A DNA stretch of 64,000 nucleotides from Synergistota bacterium (GTDB taxonomy: Bacteria > Synergistota > GBS-1): assembly GCA_021159885.1 (NCBI GenBank), contig JAGHDO010000057.1:1418-65417 (forward strand). Reading direction: 5' to 3'. This document shows, in pieces, positions 42,210 through 51,477 of this stretch. Position 1 is the stretch's first letter; every line of letters starts with the position of its first letter. The notes below the pieces were generated by a model, which was given only the letters and a program-made list of their open reading frames with translations, was not told the origin of the DNA and did no database searches. Made by a program: the position numbers and the translations under genes.

Positions 42210-42830
42210 ATGAAAAGGATAATTTTAATAGTTGTGTGCGTTTTACTGGTTGTATTTGCTGCTTTGCCTGCTATTGGACAGCAGACGGGCAGCTCATCGG
42301 ACATCGAAAAGCTCGTTACAGAGCGTTATTTCGAGGGAGCGTATAACTACTATCAGGAGGGGCAATATGATATGGCCATCAAATACTACAATATTGTCTT
42401 AAGCAGAGATCCAAACCATGCAAAGGCTCTTTATTGGCTTGCAAGGCTTTATCAGGAACTTGGTTTATTTAAGCAGGCACTTGCAACTTGGCAGAGATTG
42501 CTTGTGGTGCAGCCCGATAATAAAATAGCTAAGTATTTTGCGAAGAAATGCAAGGGAATAATAAAGCATGGTGAGGAAGCCTATGATACTTATGAGCGCG
42601 CTTACGATGTTTACTTGAGGGGGAATAAGGAAAGAGCGTTAAGACTTTATGAAAAAGTTTGTGCATTAAGTCCGACTTTTGAGAAGGCCTTCCTGTGGGC
42701 CGGTAGAGTTTCCTTCGAGCTGGGTTATTACGATAAGGCGGAGTGGTATTTACAGAGAGCGTTGAATCTCGATCCGAAGGACAAGATAGCCAAATATCTG
42801 CTTAATCAGGTGAGAAAAGCTAAAAAATGA
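42210..42830 (+). CDS. Exported tetratricopeptide-repeat protein
   Basis: Signal peptide (ALPAIG), repeated TPR units ending DPNH, QPDN, SPTF, DPKD. Confidence 0.88.
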   Translation: MKRIILIVVCVLLVVFAALPAIGQQTGSSSDIEKLVTERYFEGAYNYYQEGQYDMAIKYYNIVLSRDPNHAKALYWLARLYQELGLFKQALATWQRLLVVQPDNKIAKYFAKKCKGIIKHGEEAYDTYERAYDVYLRGNKERALRLYEKVCALSPTFEKAFLWAGRVSFELGYYDKAEWYLQRALNLDPKDKIAKYLLNQVRKAKK

Positions 42831-43582
42831 GGGGAGAACACCTGCTAAGACTTTTGTCGTTCTTAGCATTTGGGATAGTGATGGTTGCGGTTACTGCTTC
42901 TGCTTTTTCACTTCCTCTTCCCCCTTCGAATCTCGAGGCGGAAATAGTTTCTCCAACTCATATTAGACTTACTTGGTGGGATAATTCTACGGATGAAGAT
43001 GGATTCTTAATAGAGAGGAAAACATCTTCAAGTAGCTGGAAGCAAATGGGTTATACACCTCCTGATGTTAATGTTTATAACGATGAGGGCTTAACCCCTG
43101 GGGAAACATATTATTACAGGATAAGAGCTTATGAGGATACCTATTATACCGATTATTGTGAGCTCTCTCAGCCTGTGACTACCATAGGCTTTCCTGATCC
43201 GCCAACTGATCTCAGTGGTAAGGCACTTTCTTCCTCGGAAATAGAGCTTACTTGGGAAGATAGATCTGATAATGAGCTTGGTTTTATAGTCGAGAGAAAA
43301 TGGGGAAGAAACTGGATAGAGGTTGATGTACTTCCTCCCAATATGGAAAGTTTCATCGATACAGGACTCTCGGAATATACGAAATATACCTATAGGGTTT
43401 TGGCTTTCAATCAAGCGGGGAGAACTTCGTCAAATGAGGTGGAGGTCAGAACGCTTCCATCAGGAGGGGAGGTTATCTTAAGCGCTGGCTGTGCGCTTGG
43501 CGAGGGTAGTCTCGGGGTGGTACTTCTGTTTCCGATTATAGCTTTAGCTACTATTAGCTTGGGGAGATGGATCAAAAGATGA
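42827..43582 (+). CDS. Secreted tandem fibronectin type III protein with Cys-containing C-terminal sorting tail
   Basis: Signal peptide; two FN3 repeats (LTWWDNSTDEDGF..ER; LTWEDRSDNELGF..ER; YRIRAY/YRVLAFN); tail GGEVILSAGC + TM + RWIKR. Confidence 0.88.
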   Translation: MRGEHLLRLLSFLAFGIVMVAVTASAFSLPLPPSNLEAEIVSPTHIRLTWWDNSTDEDGFLIERKTSSSSWKQMGYTPPDVNVYNDEGLTPGETYYYRIRAYEDTYYTDYCELSQPVTTIGFPDPPTDLSGKALSSSEIELTWEDRSDNELGFIVERKWGRNWIEVDVLPPNMESFIDTGLSEYTKYTYRVLAFNQAGRTSSNEVEVRTLPSGGEVILSAGCALGEGSLGVVLLFPIIALATISLGRWIKR

Positions 43583-45492
43583 GGTTGTTTTTAGCTATAC
43601 TCTTTTTGTTTATTATGACCAGTGCTGCGGTTGCAGATACATGGACCGTCATGATATATATGAATGCTGATAATAACTTGGAAGAGTATGCTATTTCCGA
43701 TTTTCTTGAGATGACCTCTGCTCCTCTTGGAGAGAATTCTAATCTTACGTTGGTCGTTCAATTTGATAGGGTTCCGGGATATGCGACCTCGGGTGATAAT
43801 TATGACGATTGGACGGGAACGTACAGGTTCGTTTTAACGCAAGGTATGACTCCTTTTTCTACTAATGCTGTTTCCTTTTTAGGGGAGGTAAACATGGGTT
43901 GTTCAGAAGCCCTTATAGACTTCGTTTCATGGGCTGAAGATAATTACCCTGCAGATCACTATGCTCTCGTACTTTGGAATCATGGAGATGGTTGGAGAGC
44001 AAGGAATCTTAGGGTTTCGTGGAAAAGCGCTGGGTACGATGAAACGAGCGACGATTATCTTTATATAGATGAGCTTCAAACCGCTCTCAGGATATTAAAA
44101 AATAGAGGTTATGAGATAGATCTTATTGGATTTGATGAGTGTCTAATGGCGATGGTTGAGGTTGCCTACGAGATTAGAAACTACGCTTCTTTTATGGTGG
44201 CCTCGGAGGAGGTGGAACCAGGAGAGGGATGGAAGTACGACGTTTTCTTAGCTGATCTCGCTAATGCGCTTGATAGTGGGGTAAGCGTTTCTCCCGAATA
44301 TCTGGGCAAGATGATAATAAATAGCTATATGGAGACGAGTGGAGCTACGCTTTCTCTTATAGATCTTGGAAGGATGGACGATATAGCTTCTCTCCTCAAG
44401 GAGCTTTCTTCTGCTCTGATAGAAAAGGTCCCGCTTGCAAGAGTTTCAAGGGCAAAGGCGACTTCCTTTTACCTCCCATCTGTGATAGATCTTTACTCTT
44501 TTTGTGCCTTTCTTGCTGGTTGGAGAACATCTGTTTCAGAACTTGCCTCTTCCTTATGCGATGCGATTAAAAGTGCCGTCCGAGAAAATTATTCAGCTTA
44601 TGGAAATGCTAATGGATTGAGCATATTTTTCCCAGATAGAGGAGAGGGGTCTTATGATAGATTTTATGATGATGGGAGACATGATTTTGCGAATTTCACG
44701 GGATGGGGAGACTTCTTGAAAGCCTATCTTAAAGAAACAAGAGATGTGGAAGAAATTAAGTGGGGGGACATGGAAATAGATGGAGTTTTGAGCGATTCTG
44801 ACATAGCAGGAGCTCTTGTTCTGCCTCCAGAGGACCTTTCAACTTCAGCCACGTCCTCGATTTCTGTTTATTTAAAGAACGATCAGGAATATCTTTATAT
44901 AGGTATCAGGAGCTATAATGACGAGAGCCTTGATATAGGAGATTCTCTGATAGTTTATCTTGATTCTAACGATGATGGTTCCTTTCCTTCAACGAGAGAC
45001 ACTGATGAAGGGGAGCTTAGGGTATTTTACGATGGGAGTCAATGGGTGGCTTACTTTTATCCGTTATGGTATGACTATTCTCAATATAGAGTTAGATCTC
45101 TCGATGCGGTTTTCTGTCCTGAGGTTGAAGCGGAAGGGGAATTAAGCGAGGATGGCTTCCTTGAGATGGAGGTAAAGATACCTCTGGGTACAGGAAGATT
45201 TCCTTTTAAGGCGGGATCTGAGATAGGATATTATCTCCAGGTCTATGACGGTGGAGAGGATGCGTTTGTTGGAGAATATCCCTTCCTTAACTTTTCTGAT
45301 ACTGCAAGCCTTGAGCCTTTAATGTATGGAGCTCTGAAGCTTGAGAAAAGCGGTGGTGGAGGAGGCGGCGGAGACGAGTTTATCGCATCGGCTGGTTGCT
45401 CGTCTGTTGAAGGAGGAAGCTTCCTTTACTTTGCTCCAATGCTTGTGGGATGGCTTCTGATACTGGAGGTGAGAAAAAAGTGGGAAGATTAA
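43579..45492 (+). CDS. Clostripain-family (C11) cysteine peptidase with DOMON/CBM9-like domain and C-terminal sorting tail
   Basis: WTVMIYMNADNNLE, YPADHYALVLWNHGDGW (His), GFDECLMAMVEV (Cys), ASEEVEPGEGW, GLSIFFP; tail G6-DEFIASAGC + TM + RKK. Confidence 0.9.
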   Translation: MRLFLAILFLFIMTSAAVADTWTVMIYMNADNNLEEYAISDFLEMTSAPLGENSNLTLVVQFDRVPGYATSGDNYDDWTGTYRFVLTQGMTPFSTNAVSFLGEVNMGCSEALIDFVSWAEDNYPADHYALVLWNHGDGWRARNLRVSWKSAGYDETSDDYLYIDELQTALRILKNRGYEIDLIGFDECLMAMVEVAYEIRNYASFMVASEEVEPGEGWKYDVFLADLANALDSGVSVSPEYLGKMIINSYMETSGATLSLIDLGRMDDIASLLKELSSALIEKVPLARVSRAKATSFYLPSVIDLYSFCAFLAGWRTSVSELASSLCDAIKSAVRENYSAYGNANGLSIFFPDRGEGSYDRFYDDGRHDFANFTGWGDFLKAYLKETRDVEEIKWGDMEIDGVLSDSDIAGALVLPPEDLSTSATSSISVYLKNDQEYLYIGIRSYNDESLDIGDSLIVYLDSNDDGSFPSTRDTDEGELRVFYDGSQWVAYFYPLWYDYSQYRVRSLDAVFCPEVEAEGELSEDGFLEMEVKIPLGTGRFPFKAGSEIGYYLQVYDGGEDAFVGEYPFLNFSDTASLEPLMYGALKLEKSGGGGGGGDEFIASAGCSSVEGGSFLYFAPMLVGWLLILEVRKKWED

Positions 45493-46607
45493 GATCACTT
45501 ATCTTTATTTTCATCGCTCTTCTTTCTTTATCAACGCTATTATGCGGTTGTGGAGAGGGAGGAGGAAGTCCGTCAAGTCATATGCCTAAATGGACGATAA
45601 TGGTCTTCATGAACGATGCTACTTTAGCCTCTCGAGAATTAGCAGGTATAGATCTCTATGAGATGAGGCAAATAGGCTCAACGGATGATGTTAAAATACT
45701 TGTGCAACGCTGTTCTGAAACCGGCAGTGGAATGGTTCGCTATCTTGTCGAGAAGGGGAATATGGAACTTCTTGGGACTCTTTCGGATGCTTCACCTACC
45801 TCTTCAGATGCTCTTGCGTCTTTTGCTAATTGGTGCTTTGAAAACTATCCGGCTGAAAAATATCTCTTGATTCTTTGGAGTAGGGATGAGGATAACTCGT
45901 GGGATGGTTTAGTTAGCTGCCTTAATCTTTCTAAGGCTCTTTCTTCCTTTACGGAGAATGTAGATCTGCTCGTTTTAGACTCATCGGTTAAAGCAGAGCT
46001 TGAGCTTTTGGATGAGCTTAAGGGAAATGTGTCTGTAGTTGTGGCTCTTCAGGGTGCCATGCCCGATGATGGCTTTAACTATGAGAATATCTTTCAGAAA
46101 GTAGTTGCAAATCCTCATCATACCGCATTGGAAGTTTCGGGAAGTTTCGTTGAAGATTTTAAAAATCTCTATCAGGGGAGAAACGATGTGGCGATATCGG
46201 TTATCGATATAGCTAAGGTAGCGGATGTTGTAGGCTATCTTAATGACCTTGGTAGTGATCTTCTTAACTTTTCGGATACTTCTGCTCTCTGGGGGATTGT
46301 TCTTCAAACACAGTCTTATTTCATAACGCCTGGTGAGGAGGCTTCTTTCAGAGATCTTTATGATTTTTGCGAGAGGCTCGGAGCTTTGGATTTAAGCGAT
46401 TCTACCAAGGAGACGATAGAGAATCTAAAAAAATCGATAGAGGATATGGTCAAAAATGAATGGCATGTCTCAGATGGTATAGTTTCTGGATCTCGCGGCG
46501 TTTCACTCTATATATATACTCTTGGAAGTAGGGAAAGCGCCTATAGCGGTTTCACGATAGCTACGGATGCCTCAGATTGGTATGAGTTTGTTAAATCAAG
46601 ATTTTAA
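45480..46607 (+). CDS. Clostripain-like lipoprotein lacking catalytic His/Cys
   Basis: Lipobox LLCG-C; WTIMVFM, YPAEKYLLILWSRD (His lost), LDSSVKAELE (Cys lost), DLYDF, GVSLY; GTG 45480 after GGAGGTG. Confidence 0.8.
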   Translation: MGRLRSLIFIFIALLSLSTLLCGCGEGGGSPSSHMPKWTIMVFMNDATLASRELAGIDLYEMRQIGSTDDVKILVQRCSETGSGMVRYLVEKGNMELLGTLSDASPTSSDALASFANWCFENYPAEKYLLILWSRDEDNSWDGLVSCLNLSKALSSFTENVDLLVLDSSVKAELELLDELKGNVSVVVALQGAMPDDGFNYENIFQKVVANPHHTALEVSGSFVEDFKNLYQGRNDVAISVIDIAKVADVVGYLNDLGSDLLNFSDTSALWGIVLQTQSYFITPGEEASFRDLYDFCERLGALDLSDSTKETIENLKKSIEDMVKNEWHVSDGIVSGSRGVSLYIYTLGSRESAYSGFTIATDASDWYEFVKSRF

Positions 46608-46631
46608 AGAGCTGGCGGGGGTGATTTTCTC

Positions 46632-47663
46632 GTGGGAATTAACGTTGCTTTAATAGGCTGTGGGAACGTTGGTCAAGGTTTTTTAAGTCTATTGGTTGAG
46701 AAAAAGAGCGAGCTTGAGAAAGAGGGATTGAGGATCAATGTTGTAGCAGTTTGTGATAAGCTTAGGGGCTCTGTTTACGACCCTGAGGGACTAAATGTGG
46801 TTAAGGTTCTTGAACTTGCATCTAAGTCCGAAATATCATCTTATCCTGGGGGAATAAAAGATCTCGACCCTGTATCTACCATAACTAAAACCAATGCCAA
46901 TGTGGTTCTTGAGGCTACATGGACCGAGCTTAAAACGGGGGAGCCTGCTTTTACCCACATGAGGGAAGCTCTCGAGGCCCAAAAGCACGTTATAACCACC
47001 AATAAGGGGCCTATCCTTCTGCGCCTGGGAGAGCTTCTCAGACTTGCTGAGGCTAACGGTGTCGAGATAAGGTTTGAAGGGGTTGTCCTTTCAGGTACTC
47101 CAGTATTTAATCTGATTAGGGAGTGCTTGCCTGGTAGTGAGATAGTTTCCTTTAGAGGGATACTTAATGGGACTACCAATTACATCTTGACGAAAATGGA
47201 GGATGGGCTCAGTTTTGAGGAAGCTCTTAAAGAAGCTCAGAGACTTGGTTATGCTGAAGCGGATCCAACAATGGATGTTGAGGGATGGGATGCGGCAGCC
47301 AAAGCGCTTATAATGGCTAACGTCTTTATGGGAGCTAACCTGAAACTCGATGAGATAGAGTGTGAGGGTATAACATCGCTTAAGGTTGAGGATATCAAAG
47401 GAGCTCTAAGAGAGGGAGCGAGATATAAGCTTATAGCTAAAGGATATAGAGATGGCGGAAGCGTTCGGGTTAAGGTTTCTCCTGAGAAGGTTCCTTTAAC
47501 TGATCCTCTGGCTAACATTTTGGGAACGCTAAATGCGGTTACATTTTCAACCGATACTGTGGGAGAGATTACCATAGTGGGTAGGGGAGCTGGTGGCAGA
47601 GAAGCTGGATATGCCCTCTTTTCAGACCTTGTTTCCCTTGCGAGGAAACTCTCAAGAGGATGA
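46632..47663 (+). CDS. hom: Homoserine dehydrogenase (no ACT domain)
   Basis: GCGNVG, TTNKGP, GILNGTTNYIL, GYAEADP, DAAAK, GAGG. Confidence 0.94.
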   Translation: MGINVALIGCGNVGQGFLSLLVEKKSELEKEGLRINVVAVCDKLRGSVYDPEGLNVVKVLELASKSEISSYPGGIKDLDPVSTITKTNANVVLEATWTELKTGEPAFTHMREALEAQKHVITTNKGPILLRLGELLRLAEANGVEIRFEGVVLSGTPVFNLIRECLPGSEIVSFRGILNGTTNYILTKMEDGLSFEEALKEAQRLGYAEADPTMDVEGWDAAAKALIMANVFMGANLKLDEIECEGITSLKVEDIKGALREGARYKLIAKGYRDGGSVRVKVSPEKVPLTDPLANILGTLNAVTFSTDTVGEITIVGRGAGGREAGYALFSDLVSLARKLSRG

Positions 47664-48184
47664 GAAAGCATCTTATATTAACTGGTCCTCCGGGCGTTGG
47701 TAAAACTACCCTTCTTAAGAAGCTTATGGAAGGGGTTTCAGATGCCCGTGGTTTTTTCACCGAAGAAATAAGGGAAGGGGGAAGAAGGCGGGGATTTAAG
47801 CTTATAACTCTCTCCGGAAGGGAATGTGTTCTCGCGCATGAATCGCTTTCTTCCCCTTATAGGGTTGGAAAATATGGTGTTAACCTAAGTGATTTTGAGA
47901 AAATTGGCGTTGGGGAGATAGAGAAAGGCCTCTCTGAGGGAGCTTCAATTATAGTCATAGATGAAATAGGTAAGATGGAGCTTTTCTCAAGGAGATTTGA
48001 GAAAGCTCTATTAAAAGCGCTTGATTCCTTGAGAGTCGTAGCCACGATGGGGAGGATAAACCATCCTGTAGTAAAAAGAATCAGAGCAAGGAAGGATGTC
48101 GAGATTATAGAGGTTAGGCTGGATAATAGAAGTATTTTAGCTCACCAGCTTAGGATTTTCCAAAGTTCGTCTCCCTCTGAATAA
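47660..48184 (+). CDS. THEP1-type nucleoside-triphosphatase (NTPase_1)
   Basis: TGPPGVGKTT, GFFTEEIR, RVGKYGV, IDEIGKMEL. Confidence 0.93.
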   Translation: MRKHLILTGPPGVGKTTLLKKLMEGVSDARGFFTEEIREGGRRRGFKLITLSGRECVLAHESLSSPYRVGKYGVNLSDFEKIGVGEIEKGLSEGASIIVIDEIGKMELFSRRFEKALLKALDSLRVVATMGRINHPVVKRIRARKDVEIIEVRLDNRSILAHQLRIFQSSSPSE

Positions 48185-49098
48185 GGTAGGTTCCCCTCTC
48201 CTTCTACGAAGGTTCCTACGATCTTAGCTTCTATACCGCGGGCGTTTAGGGAAGATATGGCTATTTCTACATCGGATTCCGGAATGACCGCTAAAAGGGC
48301 TCCCGATCCAATTAGCTTCAAAGGATCTATATTAAGTGCGTCGCACACCTTTTTTACTATTTCGGGAATGGGAATTTCATTAAGATGAGCTTCTATGCTT
48401 AACCCGCTTCTTATCTGGAGTTCGTTTAATCCTCCCAAGACTCCTCCTTCCGTTGGATCGTGCATAAATATAGCCCACTTTCTTAGGATTTTTGCCTCTT
48501 TTACTACGGATATCTCTTCCTTTAAGGAAATAGCTTTCTCAATCTCTTGTTGCGATAGCCTTTTTTCAAGAAAGCTTCTTTTCGCTCGTGCGAGTATAGA
48601 AGTTCCTTCTATTCCTGCTCCCTTGGTTAGTATTATCTTATCCCCTGGTTTTATATTCTTGGCGGATAGCACCCTATCTGCGAAGCCAAACATCGTTCCG
48701 GAGAGTATAAGATGTTTGAATTTCCTTGTTATTTCTGTGTGTCCTCCAACGAGACTGGCTCCTATTTTCCTGCACTCTCTGTCTATCTCCTTCATGAGAG
48801 TTTCAAGATCTTCCTCTTCCCAGCTTTCCGGAACTATTATAGTAGTGGTGAAAAAGGATGGATCTGCTCCCTTTGATGCAACGTCATTAGCGTTTATATG
48901 GACGAGGTAAAACCCTGGTTCCTCGTCGGCTCCAACTATAGGGTCCGATGATACTACGAGGTATTTTTTCCCTTCAACGTTGATAACAGCGGCGTCTTCT
49001 CCCACCGCTGGACCAAGCTCTACGCGGGGATTAGGTGCTCCAAGGTAGGGGAAAACGAGCTTTTCCATCATATGAGGGGGAAGCTTACCCAGTTCCAT
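48142..49098 (-). CDS. AIR synthase-related (PurM/HypE-like) protein
   Basis: GKLPP, GEDAA, DPI, NDV, GGHTE, MHDPTEGG, DPLKLIGSG; start ATG 49098 (track 49197). Confidence 0.88.
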   Translation of the reverse strand: MELGKLPPHMMEKLVFPYLGAPNPRVELGPAVGEDAAVINVEGKKYLVVSSDPIVGADEEPGFYLVHINANDVASKGADPSFFTTTIIVPESWEEEDLETLMKEIDRECRKIGASLVGGHTEITRKFKHLILSGTMFGFADRVLSAKNIKPGDKIILTKGAGIEGTSILARAKRSFLEKRLSQQEIEKAISLKEEISVVKEAKILRKWAIFMHDPTEGGVLGGLNELQIRSGLSIEAHLNEIPIPEIVKKVCDALNIDPLKLIGSGALLAVIPESDVEIAISSLNARGIEAKIVGTFVEGEGNLPYSEGDELWKILSW

Positions 49099-49654
49099 TA
49101 CTTCCTTCCTCCTTTCTAATACTAAATATGCAACCGCAATAGTTTTGCCTGTATAGATTTGATTTTTTGCTGAGCTCAACACTCTTTTTAAAACCATTCT
49201 TTTTCCTGAAAATTCTTTCGATAAATTTTAAACCGGTTTTCTCGGCTATCTCTTTTCCCAATGAGTTTATCAGCACTACATCTTTATGGGGGCTTATCGT
49301 TAGTGTCGTTGTGAAGGCTTCTATTCCAAGCTCTTTGGCTTTTAAAGCGGTTCTCTCAAGCTGTAGACGAAAGCATTTTTCACATCTTTTACCACCTTCG
49401 GGTTCTTTCTCAAGGCCTTTCATTTCTTTGACCCAGCTTTCCGGGTCATACCTCTCAAATATCACTGTGAATTTCCACTCCCTGGAGAGCTTAACGAGTG
49501 CTTCTTTTCTCCTTTCATACTCCTCTATTGGATGAATATTGGATCCATAGAAGTATCCTATAATGGTTTCGAACTCCTTTGATAGCTCTAAGAATGGATA
49601 TGTAGCATCTGGGGCACAACATATATGAAGCAATACTTTAGATTTCCTTTTCAT
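49085..49654 (-). CDS. queH: Epoxyqueuosine reductase QueH
   Basis: LLHICCAPD, NIHP..EY.RR, EGGKRCEKCF, SPHK, YRQNYCGC. Confidence 0.94.
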   Translation of the reverse strand: MKRKSKVLLHICCAPDATYPFLELSKEFETIIGYFYGSNIHPIEEYERRKEALVKLSREWKFTVIFERYDPESWVKEMKGLEKEPEGGKRCEKCFRLQLERTALKAKELGIEAFTTTLTISPHKDVVLINSLGKEIAEKTGLKFIERIFRKKNGFKKSVELSKKSNLYRQNYCGCIFSIRKEEGSNGTG

Positions 49655-50417
49655 CTCGCTTAACAAGCGTAGCAAAGATTAAAAAGCCGGTATGGGCTAT
49701 CATGTTGTCTTCTGGTCTTATTCTTCCAGGGAAGGGGCGAATATCACGCTTAAGCAGCTCTAAGGATCTTATCCAGGTGAATCCGTTATCTTTCAGAGCT
49801 TCCGTTAGCTTTTCCAGCTGATTATAAGTTGGGCAGATGGCTCCAAAGTGTCTTCCCGGAAGTAGAGCTTTTCTGACGTGCCTTAGATAGTCCCAAGGAT
49901 TCGGCAGATCAAGGAATATCGCATCTACTCCTTCCTCATCGAATCCCTCTTCTATGTCTCTGATCTTTATTTCCACCCTATCTATTACCCCCCATTTTCT
50001 AAGGTTTTCCTCGGCAAGGTTAGCGAATGACCTTCTTCTTTCATATGAGAAAACCTTTCCGTTTTCTCCAACGAAATGGGCTAATATCGTTGTCAGTGAA
50101 CCGCTACCAGATCCGCACTCTATAACTCTGGCTCCGGGGAATATGTCAAGGTACATAAGTATATATCCCGCTTCTTTTGGAAAGATTATCTGAGTTTGAC
50201 GTTTTATTCTTCTTGTGAACTCTCCGATGGGAGGTTTTATCAAAAAGAACTTTTCTCCCTTGTGTGTCTTGATAAAATCGCCATATTCCTTATTTAGAGC
50301 ATCACTTAAGTTTATTTCTCCAAGGTGGGTTGAGAACTTTCTCTTACTCAACCTCGTTAAAAAGGATGCTCCCGATTCCGAAAGTAATAGAACCAGATCC
50401 TTCTCCTTAAGTTTCAT
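49638..50417 (-). CDS. trmI: tRNA (adenine-N1)-methyltransferase (m1A58)
   Basis: THLG, RQTQIIFPKE, ECGSGSGSL, FLDLPNPW, HTGFL. Confidence 0.94.
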   Translation of the reverse strand: MKLKEKDLVLLLSESGASFLTRLSKRKFSTHLGEINLSDALNKEYGDFIKTHKGEKFFLIKPPIGEFTRRIKRQTQIIFPKEAGYILMYLDIFPGARVIECGSGSGSLTTILAHFVGENGKVFSYERRRSFANLAEENLRKWGVIDRVEIKIRDIEEGFDEEGVDAIFLDLPNPWDYLRHVRKALLPGRHFGAICPTYNQLEKLTEALKDNGFTWIRSLELLKRDIRPFPGRIRPEDNMIAHTGFLIFATLVKRDEKEI

Positions 50418-51367
50418 TTTTTACCTCCCTCTGTTGGTATGGATAAGAAAACTCCTCGGCTATAAAACGTCGTTTTATTCCTGCCTTTCTTCTTCGAAAT
50501 GTAGAGCGCTTCATCAGCTAATTTTATCATATCTTCTTTATCCCTTATGGTTTCCTCAGGATAAGAGCAAATTCCAAAGCTCATGGTTATAGTGATAACC
50601 TTTCCATTCCCTGGTACTAGAATCTGACTTTGGCTTATTTTACTGCGTAGCCTTTCCGCCGTGGTTATCGCCCCATCTAAGCTCGTATTTGGCAAGATGA
50701 TCATAAATTCCTCACCGCCATATCTTCCTGCGATGTCCGCTTCTCTAATGTTCTCTCTTATAAGGCTTGCAGCTTTTTTAAGAACCTCATCTCCTGCTAA
50801 ATGTCCATAAGCATCATTGATGCTTTTAAAGTGGTCGAGGTCCGAGATTATCACAGACATAGGGGTTTTATATCTTTTGCTTTTTTTAAACTCCATTTCT
50901 AAGCTCGTCATGGCGTGTCTCCTATTATATAGCTTCGTTAGTTCATCCGTTATGGACATTTCCAATAACTTTTGGTTCATTTCTCTCAATCTATCATATA
51001 GCTTTTTTGTTCTCAAAGCAGCCTTTACACGAGCAGTGAGCTCTACCTCATCGAAAGGTTTTCTTATATAGTCTATGGCTCCCTTCTCGAGGGCTTCCTT
51101 TAGATACCTCTTATCTGTTGCAGATGTGATTATTATTACCGGAAGCCATCCCCTCTCGAGCTTTATTATCTGCTTGATAATGTTTACACCTATGGTGTCT
51201 GGTAGAAACATGTCGAGTATAACCAAATCGTACTCAGCTTCAGCCGTCTTCTGCACAGCCTCGCTTCCGCTTGAGGCTTCCTCTATCTGAGATCTTAGCT
51301 CTCTTTCCAAGATATTTCTAAGCAGGGCTCGTATCAGCTTGCTGTCATCTACTACGAGGATTTTCAC
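50414..51367 (-). CDS. Response-regulator diguanylate cyclase (REC-GGDEF)
   Basis: VVDD, LD, T, KPF receiver residues; DLDHFKSINDAYGH, READ I-site, GGEEF. Confidence 0.94.
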   Translation of the reverse strand: MKILVVDDSKLIRALLRNILERELRSQIEEASSGSEAVQKTAEAEYDLVILDMFLPDTIGVNIIKQIIKLERGWLPVIIITSATDKRYLKEALEKGAIDYIRKPFDEVELTARVKAALRTKKLYDRLREMNQKLLEMSITDELTKLYNRRHAMTSLEMEFKKSKRYKTPMSVIISDLDHFKSINDAYGHLAGDEVLKKAASLIRENIREADIAGRYGGEEFMIILPNTSLDGAITTAERLRSKISQSQILVPGNGKVITITMSFGICSYPEETIRDKEDMIKLADEALYISKKKGRNKTTFYSRGVFLSIPTEGGKK

Positions 51368-51477
51368 TCCTACAGTATCACTCCTTCCAGGAAAAAAATC
51401 ACATTAAAAATTATCACACACATCTCTTGATTAGGCAACACCTTTGGCCTTAGGGTATAAAAGCGTGTGATAAAAGC

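Noticed and set aside
45349-45372. GGN repeat as a possible phase-variable tract
   Set aside because: Mixed Gly codons encoding a linker before the sorting tail, not a slippage repeat
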